Source: Octopus sinensis (Eukaryota). From it: a DNA stretch of 64,000 nucleotides. A program made the translations under genes and the position numbers. The stretch covers positions 17,670,001-17,734,000 of the forward strand of contig NC_042998.1 in assembly GCF_006345805.1 (NCBI RefSeq). Direction: 5' to 3'. This document shows, piece by piece, positions 1 to 12,023 of this stretch (position 1 is the stretch's first letter; the number at the start of each line of letters is the position of its first letter). Below the pieces are notes generated by a model. The model was given only the letters and a program-made list of their open reading frames with translations. It was not told the DNA's origin and did not search any database.

Positions 1-679
1 TGTGGTGTAATAGTGAAATTGTATGCTGTTTAATAGAGTCTATTTAGGGACAGTTTCATTGAGTGGGTGTTAAAGTGTTGGTATGGACAATAACAAGAAA
101 TAAAAGAAGCCTTAGATGACGATGGGAGAATTACTGTTAGCTTGTTATTGTTTAGTGTCGTTAATTTGTGCACCGCTTTACACTAAACCTCTTCTGAAAG
201 CTGAGATTAGAGTAAACAACATTCACCTTCTAAAATTTTCATCTTCTCTGACAATGATTTATGAAATAAAATTCGTTTTATAGACACCATGCAGCCTCGA
301 TTATTCAGTATGCTAAAGCACTGCAGTTCTTTATTCAAACCAAGGGTTCCTCTCTTAGCTATCTTAATATTTTTAGACTCACCAACTCAATTCTTAAATA
401 CAATGCGATAGAAAATTGTAATAGATATATTTTTTTCAATTTAAGGAATGATAGTAACGATCAATCTGTTAGATGAAATATTCAAATTGTCCAAAAATAC
501 AACCACGAGAAGGCTTCGACACGATTATACACGAATATGCCTCAGGACGTGTTGAATAAAATAGTGCCTCAAATAAACTGCATTTGTGAATACATCGTTA
601 AATATAAGCGCAAATATGTAAGGTAAAAATTATTATCAGTATTCAGCCTGAGGCATAAATTCAAATGCTGGGTTCTCAC

Positions 680-723
680 CATTGGAGTCTCAATACTAAG
701 GGAACGAGTACAGCTCAGAGCTT
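680..723 (-). CDS. Possible small exon F of the same gene
   Basis: Acceptor atattgttctag; strong donor ATG|gtgaga; phase 1-0; peptide ALSCTRSLSIETPM. Confidence 0.3.
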
Positions 724-756
724 CTAGAACAATATATGTATATATACATACATGAA

Positions 757-805
757 TGTACTTATAGATAGATAGATAGATAAATAAATAGATAGATAGA
801 TAGAT

Positions 806-867
<62 letters not shown>

Positions 868-885
868 ATAAATAGATAGATAGAT

Positions 886-963
<78 letters not shown>
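757..963. repeat. (GATA)n tetranucleotide microsatellite
   Basis: Direct reading; the variant block gataaataaata..gaaagata occurs twice. Confidence 0.95.
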
Positions 964-964
<1 letters not shown>

Positions 965-1075
965 CGTAATATGTATATATAAATCTCTATGTATAGACGT
1001 GATTGTAATGGTGCGTTTGTGTGCGTATTCAAGAAGTAATTTTATGCTTTTTATTCTTTCACTCTTTATGCGCAC

Positions 1076-1121
1076 TAAATTGAGTAGGTGGCTGTATATA
1101 TATGGAAGAATGGAAAGAGGT
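1076..1121 (-). CDS. Possible small exon E of the same gene
   Basis: Strong acceptor gtatttgttttgtag; weak donor A|gtgcgc; phase 0-1 bridges D and F; peptide TSFHSSIYIQPPTQF has no clear motif. Confidence 0.2.
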
Positions 1122-1885
1122 CTACAAAACAAATACGTTGACCGATGTATTAACACACACACACACACGCACACACACGCACACTCACAAGCACATACAT
1201 AAGCATACATCAGTTCATCCCTTCCCTATCGCCATAGATGGAGCTACCCTTTATTCATGTAGTCACATCACTATATATACATATAAATAACTGCACATAA
1301 ATGGCTACATTATTCGTTCGTCTCACGAAGCTTATGCTGTTTCATGGTATGTAAAAGATCTTAAAACACAAAAAGTTTAAAGAAATTATACTTATGTAGC
1401 TGTAAAAGTCTCCATTTGACGTTTACCTTAAATAAGCAGACAACCTCTTTTGATCAAAAAATATAATGCATTCATGAATCTATTCTTTAGATATTTGGAT
1501 CATACATTCAATTTAGGTGAGTTTTTTTTCTGTTGTACTTTCGTGTCTTATATGTATAGAGATACATGTATTAAATATAAAAGAACTGCATATGCACAGA
1601 CTTACATACACACACATATCTTTAGAAAGACAGAAAGTGAGAAAATGTGAGATACAGAGAGAGAAAATTTGACGTATATTAAGAACGTTTAACATATCAG
1701 AAGAATATTTGGTGCATCTAACAACAGTCCTGATGTTATTTCTTTAACATTCTAAAGTCAATACTTGTCTGGCTCTATTTTATGTTCCACCCTTCCGGTG
1801 TTAATAAAATACGGTGTCACTCATTATATGTTGTCTGTCAACATATAGGCATAGCATGTACAATTTCACACATGAGAACATATTA

Positions 1886-2345
1886 CACGGTACGCGATTA
1901 GCTCTTGATCTCTTTGAGCTGCATTTTCATCTTCAGGAAGAGATGGAAGTCTGCCAGTGCTAAATCTGACGAATAGGGTGGGTGCGATACCATGTCATTT
2001 TTGGCGAGAATCTCACGGGTGCGAGAATCTCACGAGTGCGAGAATCTCACGGGTGCGGAGAGCCAAGTGACAGAGCGCATTGTCGTCGTGAAGAATCCAG
2101 ACTTTAGGGTTGCCTGCAGGGACACATACAACAGACCAACAACATTAGCAATGTCATTGATTGTCCTAAGACGATCCTCATGCACAAGCTGATCAATTTT
2201 CTCCACATCTCCGCGGGTGACACCTGTGGCATTTCTTCCAGTTTGCTCATTCATCCAGGTATCTTCTGTCACTTTTGAAGAGCCTGTGGTACTCGTAACA
2301 TTGGGTACGACCCGTTGCCTCGTAGCCTGAAGTTTGCCAAAGCAT
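1886..2345 (-). mobile_element. Mariner-type transposase remnant, internally deleted
   Basis: Minus strand encodes YEYHRLFK..., EKIDQLVHEDRLRTINDIA (HTH region), then WILHDDNALCHLALRTREILAKN and HPPYSSDLALADFHLFLKMK (second and third catalytic D motifs). The WVPHEL-to-first-D segment is missing. Confidence 0.85.
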
Positions 2346-2373
2346 GCTCAATGTTTCTGTAGAAGACTTACTG

Positions 2374-2749
2374 TTTTACTTGTTTCAGTCATTTAACTGT
2401 GGCCATGCTGGATCACCGCCTTTAGTCGAGCAAATCGACCGCAGGACTTATTCTTTGTAAGCCTAGTACTTATTCTATCGGTCTCTTTTGCCGAACCCTA
2501 AGTTACGGGGACGTAAACACACCAGCATCGTTTGTCAAGTGCTGTTGGTGGGAGACAAACACAGACACACAGACATATATATATACACATATATACGACG
2601 GGATTCTTTCAGTTTCTGTCTACCAAATCCACTCACAAGGCTTTGGTCTGCCCGAGGCTATAGTAGAAGACACTTGCCCAAGTGGAACTGAACCCGGAGC
2701 CATGTGGTTGGTAAGCAATCTACTTATCACGCAGCCATTCCTGCGCATA
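2374..2749 (-). mobile_element. tRNA-derived SINE family A (octopus-type)
   Basis: Matches the copies at 9342, 44117 and 57068; tail ...gactgaaacaagtaaaa; central CA/TA tract. Confidence 0.9.
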
Positions 2750-3354
2750 GGCGCAGATGCCAGGTGCCCACTCGGTTATAACAGGGTGTTTAAGTATAAT
2801 CCAATCCTGAAAATATACTGCTTAAAATTTGTTTAAAACATGTATTATCAGGTTTATATATTTAATTTTTAAGAAGGTACGACTTCTCTAAACACCCAAC
2901 GCCTCCTATAGCAAACACTTAACATCTGCTGTCGTCCTTACAACTCATAATCCCACTAACAGAGCGCTACCACCCACGTTGGAAAACACTGAATTAAATA
3001 AAATAAACTTCTGCCTTAAATTAGAAGCTTCTTGTGCAACCTTCAAGACTAGGCACGACCTACTGATACATTATATAAAATATATTGATCTATTTCATTT
3101 GCAGCTTACATATAATTAGTTAGATATCAATAAACGTGTGATTATTACTTGATGACATACACTTCAGAGCTTTTATATTGCTTACATTTACTTACATACA
3201 TTCAAAACATCGCAATAAATTGCAGGTTTATGTGAAAATGATGTAAGATTTTATTTAATGATAATGTTTATGTAATGCAGAGTATTTGCGATTATAGCAG
3301 TAGTGATCCAGCTACCAAGCTGTTTAGTCCTCCGCATTCAGTATTGCTATTTAC

Positions 3355-3557
3355 GTCTATAAAAACAAAATCCGTCTGATTTCCAATCGGCTTTAAAAAT
3401 AAATCGTAGACATCAGAGAGACACAGATACCAAATGTCGGTAATTAAAACTGCAATAGTATTTTCATTGCTCTCTCTAAGTATTTCTTGCTCTTCCATGT
3501 TAAGTAAGTTATATATTTTATATCCTGTATTTAAATTTGAAGCCAAACGAAGTAATG
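3355..3557 (-). CDS. Candidate exon D, iGluR/ANF-type ATD (may read on to the stop at 3292)
   Basis: Acceptor tatttactttccag, phase 1; possible donor GAC|gtaaat; lies in ORF 3292..3546. Peptide LLRLASNLNTGYKIYNLLNMEEQEILRESNENTIAVLITDIWYLCLSDVYDLFLKPIGNQTDFVFID, resembling LIRL..LKIRQL..LLKEM..YIF of the kainate ATD (recalled). Confidence 0.55.
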
Positions 3558-4799
3558 CTGGAAAGTAAATATGTTAAGTCAATAAATATGATCAGGAAGG
3601 AATAGACAGGAATTATACTCAATGTTATTCTAATTAAACATTCAGAGTTCAAATCACGTCTATAATAACGATAATCTTCTCCGTTTCAAGATCTATAAAA
3701 TAAAGAAGTACTCAAGTAATTGAGTAGATAGAATCGTTTCTAGCGTCCAGGAAACAAGCGACCCTATGTCAATGATTGCAAGCAGTAGTCTATGTATTTC
3801 AAAGATGAAAAGTGATTATTGTATTCTTGCAGTATTATTGCGACTAACACTGCTTATGCGACTAACACTACTCACCTTAAGAACACCATATAACGAAGCG
3901 ATCGTGGAAGCAGAAATGGAACCCATAGATGTTACGTTTAATAGCAAGTATACATAGTGTTTTAGAGTTCAAACAAATTTAACTCCATAAAATTCTTTGA
4001 AGCGTCTATCAGATAAGAATTCATATCATATCCATTTACAAAAGTAACCATTTCGAGCAAATATTAAGCATAAACTACGTTATTGTGATTAAGTTTATCT
4101 TAGAGTATCTTTTTTTTTTACTTTCATATTAAAAGTTTGGAAATATTTTATTTTGACTGACTGAATTTTGTATATACAAGATCATTATTACTAAATATTC
4201 GAGGTCGTACATATCAGTCTACTAATAACAAACATGTTGATCATATTTTTTTGTAACTTTATGATGGCACATTATATAATTCTAATCAAGACTTAAGAAA
4301 ATAGTTTTCCTCATTTTATATATATATATATATCCACTAGCGCGCGCACGCACACACAGACACACAGAAGCAGACTTGTACACACCTAGTCATCCATCTT
4401 TCACTCGCTCATCCAATCTCTTTCTCAATCACCAAAGTTCCAGTTCATAGTGATTTATTTTTTTTTTATCTCAGATATCATAGTCTTTATCAGTATTTTC
4501 CAAAGTTTAGAAAATTCCAAAGTTTTTCCATCGTATCAAGAATTATATAGTAACATTAAAATTTTCAATGCAATTTCATATATGAATAACAATATTTAAA
4601 GAGCGTAAAATTGCTATTTTCTACAACGTGACTATACTTATAGGTGACATATTAGTATTTCTGAATAAATACTTAAATATTAATCGTATCGCTAATTAAT
4701 ATTTAAGTAGCCTTCTTTGAATTTGCCCTTCACTGGCACGTGTTTCTGTCACATAAATGTTTATTTGCTTTGTATTCTATTTCATTTAGTGGCCAGTAT

Positions 4800-5015
4800 C
4801 TAAAAATGGTTTCGAATTTTGGTTCAAGGCCAACAAATTCGAAGAAAGTGGAGTGTCGGTGACTGACATCAACTCCAGGTTTCCAGTGGTTCTTATTTTA
4901 TCGACCCCAAAATGATGAATTACACGATCGTCTATGGCATAATTTGAACACAAAATGCAAAGACCGACGAAATGCCACTTAGAATTTCGCTCGGTGTACT
5001 GGCAATTCTCACTGT
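4800..5015 (-). mobile_element. Degenerate SINE family C copy
   Basis: cttattttatcgacccc...gacgaaatgcc is the reverse complement of parts of the 40779 copy. Confidence 0.6.
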
Positions 5016-5351
5016 ATTAATTATATGGGTATGTCCTCGTCACTTGCTTCTCTATTTTTCGGGATTTCTTTTTTCTATCGTTTTTTAAACAACTTCGAAC
5101 ATTATCTCCCTTTATTCCAATCCTAACACTAATCTAAGTTCAAATCATTCCAAAGCAGAAATTATTTTCCGCACCCTCAGACTTATAATTAAATAAATTT
5201 TGGTCAATACTGCAATTAAATTAATTTTTTTTTTTTTTTTTTTTTTTAGAATGTTGGCATAGGCAAAGATTACAGGTGCAAGTCGTCTTAAAATGCTCCG
5301 GCAAAACAAATGACAGGTGGATAGAAAGCCTTTGCATTATGTAGAGATTAC

Positions 5352-5479
5352 TTGTGGTATGAATAATAATATTGTTAGGCATAACCCAGGATTCGTTGAA
5401 GATCAAGTGAACGACACCTTCGAGAAAAGTTTCAACGAGGTGACTATGCGCAACTTTCAAAACGTTTTGGAATGTCGGT
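5352..5479 (-). CDS. Candidate exon C, iGluR/ANF-type ATD
   Basis: Acceptor ctactaatcataattgttcag; donor A|gtaatc; 128 nt, phase 2-1; lies in ORF 5221..5487. Peptide PTFQNVLKVAHSHLVETFLEGVVHLIFNESWVMPNNIIIHTT. The B/C junction gives YISEKPTF, similar to kainate YVSLYPDF (recalled). Confidence 0.5.
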
Positions 5480-6508
5480 CTGAACAATTATGATTAGTAG
5501 AAATATGCGTAACAGTTGTCGTTACGTTTACATCAATGTCGGATGGTAAAGTAGTCCCTCGAGAATATCACTTCATTGCTTTCCGTTGCGAAACGAAATG
5601 CAAGCAGTTGCCCTGTATAGGGAAATATGTTGCGCGGCGTACAATATTGAGGTAGAGTCTTCTCGCTTTTTCCCCTGTACTCAACCACGTTTTCAAGTAC
5701 CCTCTGATCATAAAATGCTTCGTTTATTTCGTCAGTTTATTTCAGAGCAAGTGAACTGAAACTTACTTGGGAAAAAAACCTGTATATCGAAAATCAGTTT
5801 GGAGACGTCGTCATTTATGGTACGACTGGTAACGGAATAGTAGTTATATTCAAACACCTAGATCACTCATTCTAATCTCTCATTTCTATCTTTTCGCTCA
5901 GGGGTATTTTAATGACTAAAAGCATACCTTACTTGCAAGTTTTTTATGAAAAACTATCCGATCGAACATAGGAAGGATCGAATGTTATATCTAAATTTTC
6001 TGATTCTTTTAACTCGAAAAATACCAAACGAAATTTTAGCTACATTTATCTGCATAGATTTCAACAAAGGACGTTTGTAAACTTTATGATCAAATTATAT
6101 AAGAGAAACTTTTAACTGGAAAATATTCCTGAGTGATGTTGTCACTTCAGGTTGGAAAAAATTGGTGAATTTAGGTAGGTTTCATTAAATTATACAATGT
6201 AGAGAATATCGAAAATGAGAAAAGTTGTAATAAAATCTATTGCTCCTTGTTGGAAGCAAGTGGCAGAATTATAGCTATTATAATAATTATATAAGCTGTT
6301 TGAGAGTTAATCAGAATATATGCTATTCGACGGTTAATGACGATTACGCTTGGAGTTCTGAAGTTCAATTAAGATTTACTCATTAGAATTTTCTATAAAA
6401 TTTTCATAAAATGTTTATTGGTACCGGCCAGAAATACTTGTATATCAATTTGTATTGGTAGTCGTTAGCAGTTTGAGCATACGAGGTGTTTTCTGTGAAT
6501 TTGTCTAC

Positions 6509-6620
6509 TTTTCTGATATGTAGAGATACGGGAAATAGCTGCTGTCGTGAAAGGTTTGATCTGCTTCACTGACGATGTATAAGGGATGATAGCGATGTAA
6601 ACGTAATAGTGAATTGGAAA
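6509..6620 (-). CDS. Candidate exon B, iGluR/ANF-type ATD
   Basis: Acceptor ttatcttttcataag (in-frame TAA at the boundary); weak donor AA|gtagac; 112 nt, phase 1-2. Peptide SNSLLRLHRYHPLYIVSEADQTFHDSSYFPYLYISE, matching the ANF-domain spacing P-x10-L-S-D-x3-Y/F-P-Y-F. Confidence 0.5.
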
Positions 6621-8014
6621 CTTATGAAAAGATAAGGCTTAACTGCTGTTTAAACCTGACAGTCAATTTAAGGAAAATGCAAATAACCACCTTGGCATAT
6701 CTGAATAGACCCAACCTGAATGTGACAATATCAAATATCCATCGCATAAAATAGGATACTTTCGTTTCATAATCTGGGTAGTACATAAGCCCAGTATTTT
6801 TTCTTTTATTCAGAGTTATGCTTTTGATACATACACGCGCACACGTACACCCGTATAATATTATTTTGTCTCATATGATATTTTCCTTTCACCTTCCTTC
6901 TATAAAACAACAGTAATATATATATGTATGCATATATTCATAGCATTGTTGTTTTAAATAGGAATGTTGGTGATATGCTAGGTACAGCGGATTACAAAAT
7001 AGCTCACAGATTTTCTCAGTTTGATTTGCGTTCATATTTCAAATTCCATCTAGGTCGAATTTTCCTTTCAATTATATAAAGTCGATAAAATAAAAGCCAG
7101 CAGTGTATTGATGCTAAATTTTATAATCATTTCGCCAAATGTGTGGCATTGGGCTTATGTTAAAAATCATTATTATTTATAATTGCTAATTTTTATTCAG
7201 TATCAATAATTAATTTCCTGCTAGATTTTAAAATCTTGCAAACTTCGTTTATTTTTGTTGTTGCTGATGTATTTTGTGCTTTATTTGTCTATTTTTTTTC
7301 ATTTCTGTTCTTGTTTGTTGTTGCTACTTTTTTTTTGCATTTTTCTTATTTTCTTTCTAATTAAGAACTCATTTTCTGAGAACTATCGATGTTTTTACAA
7401 TGAAACGTAAAAAAGGTACACGGTCATGTTTTTGTTTTGTTTTTATATGAATGATAAAATCGTTATAAAGGTTAACCGTGATATACGCATATGGAAAACA
7501 TTTTCAAAGAGAAATCATATACGTATGCATGATGAAATTAATTAAAGACTAGTAACTAACCATTTTTAGATAGAAAATTTTGAATTATTCCGGACCTGCA
7601 CATCACTGTAATTCCAAACAAATTTCTCCTGAGATTTTTATGATATATTTCCATTAGTTTATAATTCTAGACATCTATTTATAGGTTGGGCAAACTTCCA
7701 GAAAATGAAATAGTTTCTGAAAGTACCGTCTAATTGGATTGATTTCTATAAACATGTGTGAGGGTGTAATTTGTGGCAAAGATATCGTTTTGATAACATG
7801 GTATACAAGCTAGGGAAATATTTCGAAGTAATAGTTGGAAATAACTTTGGGAATATTTTGGAGAAATATTTGATTAATTATATTATTTTAGGTTTTTCCA
7901 ACTTAAGAAATAGGTCGTGCATTAAATCATTTGTTCAATTTGCGCTGGCGTTGTAAGCAGCTTGACTGATTGAACTAGTATTTATGTTAAACTGCCTTCA
8001 GAAATTTGAATACG

Positions 8015-8180
8015 AGCTATTATTATTATTATTATTATTATTATTATCATCATCATCATCATTATCATCATCATCATCATCGTCGTCGTCATCATCATCA
8101 TCATATCATCTTCATCATCATCATCATCATCATCGTCGTCGTCGTCGTCGTCATCATCATCATCATCATCATCATCATCT

Positions 8181-8211
<31 letters not shown>

Positions 8212-8225
8212 CATTATTATTTTTA
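8015..8225. repeat. (ATT)n/(ATC)n/(GTC)n compound microsatellite
   Basis: Direct reading; source of the poly-L/S/H/D ORFs. Confidence 0.95.
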
Positions 8226-8249
8226 TTGCAGCCTGGATTGCTGCAATGC

Positions 8250-9030
8250 ACAGCGGCACCTGCTCGGGCAGGTCAAAGTAAATGGCCACCTAGCGGAACC
8301 GTTAAGTATCACTCGTTCGGTCTATCAGGGCTGCCCGCTGTCATCTCTTTTGTATATGCTGGCTCTCAAGCCCCTGCTGCGGAAGTTGGGACAGTTCAGA
8401 GGCCTCCCTTTCGAAATAGGTCTCGGGATGGCAGTGTCTGCATACGCCACTGTCATGGTGTCGGACGCCTCCGAACTGATGACGGTAGGCTCCATTGCAA
8501 AGGAATATGAGTTGCTGACAGCTCGGTGGCATTGCGACGGGACACCTAGAGAGGCAGATCAATGCTGTCGGACGCTGGACTGACGGACCAATTAAACTGC
8601 TCGGGGTCTGGTTTGGTCTCGAACTCCAGGTGAATAAGAATTGGAAAGAGGCGACGGACGGGGTGACCTGTCTTACCCAGAAATAGACAGAGAGGAAGTT
8701 GTTCCTGCAAGGCCGGAGAGAGCGAGGATGAAGACGAAGGTGCTGTCTTCGAGTGAATTTATGAAAATGTAGGTGAAAGTTGCGAAAACCACAAGAGTGG
8801 ATGGTACCACACTCAATGTAGACTTGTGAACCCGAAGAAAGATGTTTGAGTGTGCTCTCGTTCTTGGTATCCAGAGTGATCTTGGATGGTGGGGGGTCCC
8901 TCGGTTATCCGTAGAGGTAATCCTGCATCAGAGGGACCCCATCACAGTCGCTTTTATTTCCCCTCTCTTTGCATTGTCGTATACTACGCATACTTTCCTT
9001 CCTCTAATGTGTTCCGTGTAAACCTTTTTA
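8250..9030 (+). mobile_element. L1/Tx1-like LINE ORF2 remnant (RT core, ORF2 end, 3' UTR)
   Basis: VKVNGHLAEPLSITRSVYQGCPLSSLLYMLALKPLLRKL...VSAYA-TV (QGCPLS motif; the YADD motif has lost DD). ORF-end peptide KVAKTTRVDGTTLNVDL*. 10-bp inverted repeat at 8893-8902/8931-8940. Confidence 0.8.
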
Positions 9031-9158
9031 AATCATTCCACACTTTATGTCTGTCGTTGTATTGTCCCCTTCATCAAAATAAATCATCATCATTATTATT
9101 ATAAATATTATTACCATTATTATAAATATTATTATCATCATCATCATCATCATCATCA

Positions 9159-9200
<42 letters not shown>

Positions 9201-9341
9201 TATTATTATTATCATTGCTTGGTACGATGGAAAGTGTCAGCTGTCCACAACCACTCCTCATTAACCTTTGTATTTCACACTTCAAATCGTTGTTTTTTGT
9301 TTTCTTCTTTCTCATTGATCCGGGGCATGCTATTATTTTTT

Positions 9342-9979
9342 TTTTTTTTACTTGTTTCCGTCATTTGACTGCGGCCATACTGGAGCACCGCCTTTAGTCG
9401 ACCAAATCGACCCCGGGATTTATTCTTTGTAAGCCCAGTACTTATTCTATCGGTCTCTTTTTGCCGAACCGCTAAGTGACGGGACGTAAACACACCAGTA
9501 TCGGTTGTCAAGGGGGACAAACACAGACACAGAAACATACATACATACATACATATATATGTTTTTGTTTGTTTTGTTTTTTGTTTTTCCAGTTTCAGCT
9601 CTTGAGCTGTGGCCATGCTGGGGCACCGCCATTGTGGTGAAAGAGTACAGCAGGGATCACCACCCCCTGCCGGAGCCTCGTAGAGCTTTTTAGGTGTTTT
9701 CGCTCAATAAACACACACAACGCCCGGTCTGAGAATCGAAACCGCGATCCTGCGACCGCGAGTCCGCTGCCCTAACCACTAGGCCATTGCGCCTCTACGT
9801 ATATATACATATATACGACAGGCTTCTTTCAGTTTCCGTCTACCAAATCCACTCACGAGGCATTGGTCGGCCCAGGGCTATAGTAGAAGACACTTGCCCA
9901 AGATGCCACGCAGTGGGACTGAACCCGGAACCATGTGGTTGGTCAGCAAGCTACTTACCACACAGCCACTCCTGCGCCT
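9342..9979 (-). mobile_element. SINE family A copy interrupted by SINE family B
   Basis: Tail half at 9342-9560, head half at 9788-9979 ending cagccactcctgcgcctat (A-box TGGCTGTGTGG, B-box GGTTCAGTCCC on the minus strand). Confidence 0.9.
9562..9787 (-). mobile_element. tRNA(Arg)-like SINE family B, nested in family A
   Basis: Minus strand ggcgcaatggcctagtggttagggcagcggactcgcggtcgcaggatcgcggtttcgattc (A box, TCG anticodon-like loop, B box); tail ggcggtgccccagcatggccacagc...gctgaaac plus an A-rich end. Confidence 0.85.
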
Positions 9980-10029
9980 ATGTTGATTATCATGCGTGCT
10001 CTTTCTATTTTATTTACCAGAGCAATGTT

Positions 10030-10708
10030 CGGTTTCCGATATCTGATCGCACTGGATTTTGCAATTCTCATTCTCGGTAACTCCTTCTGGAGTTTGCTCA
10101 TACTACGTATTTACTCTTTGTAGGCCCTGATTTCCACAGGGCTCCTAATGGATCATTTTTTCCACATTGTCATAGCGTCTTTTATATTCGCGTTGCGCCA
10201 ATTTCAAGCATTCACTAACGATGTGCCATACCGTTTCACCCCTCTCACCACCATTTCTGCATTTGTCACTATCAACAGTGCTGTCTATTCTGCACTTCAG
10301 ATAGTCGGTCCTTAACACTTGTTGAGATGCACGAGTGCTTCTGTCTCTATCTTCGGGTCACTCTTCCTCATCCATAGCGTTCGTTTTTCTTGTAAACTGG
10401 CCGTCCTTTCATGCTGTTTCGTTTTTTTATTATTAATTTCTTGTTTAGATTTTTCTTTCATTACATAATTTTCAGTTTTGATGACGCCAGCCTTCTTTGT
10501 CTGTTACAACAACGGCTCCACGGCAGTTTTTATATAACACCATAAGCTGTTTTTTCTCTTCTTTTATTGGGCTTCGTATATTTGTACCTTAGTTTCACTT
10601 TGATGGCATGCGCTGATCATTCAAAAACAATAACAACAATGGCCATGACGACAACGACAACAACAATAACAATAGTAATAATGATAACAACAAGAACAAA
10701 AACAACAT

Positions 10709-10763
<55 letters not shown>

Positions 10764-10904
10764 CATCACAACAACAACAACAACAACAGCAGCAACCATA
10801 ATATGGGATATGCCAATACACACAGCGAAAATAAGGCAAATGACCATATCTCTCCCACCCTTTCTTCTGGACAAGTACAGCCGATGGGTGTCAGTTTTAG
10901 GGTG

Positions 10905-10905
<1 letters not shown>
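10030..10905 (-). mobile_element. Degenerate R4/Dong-clade (RLE) LINE 3' fragment, interrupted by ACA/ATA repeats
   Basis: Minus strand HPKTDTHRLYLSRRKGGRD (RT C-terminal motif) and KCRNGGERGETVWHIVSEC..REYKRRYDNV; nucleotide similarity to 24560-25100. Confidence 0.75.
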
Positions 10906-10951
<46 letters not shown>

Positions 10952-10984
10952 TAAAGGAGAAGAAGAAGAAGAAGAAGAAGAAGA

Positions 10985-11925
10985 TGAAGAAACAACAAAA
11001 GCTATAAAACAAATGAAATCCAAACTAAAAATAGAACAGCAACGAGCCATGATAAAACGATGGCAAGAAAAGCCCCTTCATGGTAAATACTGCACTAAAC
11101 TAAACGCAAAAGAAATAGACAAAGAAAAATCCCAGCAATGGTTGAGAAGCTCAGGACTCAAAGCAGAAACAGAGGGATTTTTAATTGCAGCACAAGACCA
11201 AAGCCTCCCCACCAGAAATTACCAAAAACATGTAATGAAAAGAAATATTACAAGTAACTGCAGAATATGTGGAGATGGACAAGAAACAATAAATCATATT
11301 ATCTCTAGCTGCCCAGTCCTGGCTAAGAAGGAATATATTCACAGACATGACAGAGTTGGAACCTACATACATTGGAAGCTATGCCAACATTATGGAATAA
11401 CAACAGAAAAAAGATGGTATAGGCACACACCAGAAAAGGTCACAGAAAATGAGAAAGCAAGCATACTCTGGGATATGCCGATACACACAGATAGAGAAAT
11501 TAAGGCCAACAGACCAGATATAGTTGTCAGAGATCATGAAGGAAAAAAATGCTTTCTAATTGATGTATCAATACCGGCAGATGACAATGTGTCTCTAAAA
11601 GAAATGGAGAAACTTTCAAAATACAAAGACCTGGAAATGGAGGTAACCAGAATGTGGAATCTAAAAACAGAAACAATTCCTATCATACTAGGTGCATTAG
11701 GCATGATAAAAAAATATTCAGACAAATACATAACAAAAACACCAGGACTTACAAACACATACAACATACAGAAAATAGCACTACTGGGCACTGCACACAT
11801 CCTACGCAGAACACTTTCCATACAATAACCATCAGAGCATCACAACAAATCACAACACATACCCAAGGCACACAGAGCTGCGCTCGGTAGTGAAGTGAAA
11901 GCACGCTATAAAAAATAAACTACTG
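10985..11925 (+). mobile_element. 5'-truncated R4/Dong-clade LINE with an intact 271-aa C-terminal ORF (CCHC plus restriction-like endonuclease)
   Basis: ORF 11013..11828: CRICGDGQETINHIISSC zinc knuckle, RHDRV, NRPDIVV, LIDVSIP, EKLSKYKDL, LGALG. 3' UTR runs straight into (TAA)n at about 11928. Confidence 0.92.
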
Positions 11926-11944
11926 AATGATAATAATAATAATA

Positions 11945-12023
<79 letters not shown>

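Noticed and set aside
569-1210. 213-aa ORF and the similar Y/I/H/C/T-rich ORFs (e.g. 15654-16211, 43689-44216, 48539-48949, 63441-63800)
   Set aside because: Translations of (TA)n, (CA)n, (GATA)n and (TACA)n tracts that lack stops in some frames.
2488-2691. Recurrent ORFs such as RLPNPLTRLWSARGYSRRHLPK / SVSVYQIHSQGFGRPEA seen at several loci
   Set aside because: They are reading frames of SINE family A copies, not a gene family.
7984-8250. Poly-L/S/H/D N-terminal half of ORF 7984..8583
   Set aside because: Trinucleotide microsatellite fused by chance to the RT relic.
9720-9787. tRNA-Arg-like sequence as a true tRNA gene
   Set aside because: No complete acceptor stem, and it continues into a SINE body and tail; the same applies to the other SINE heads.
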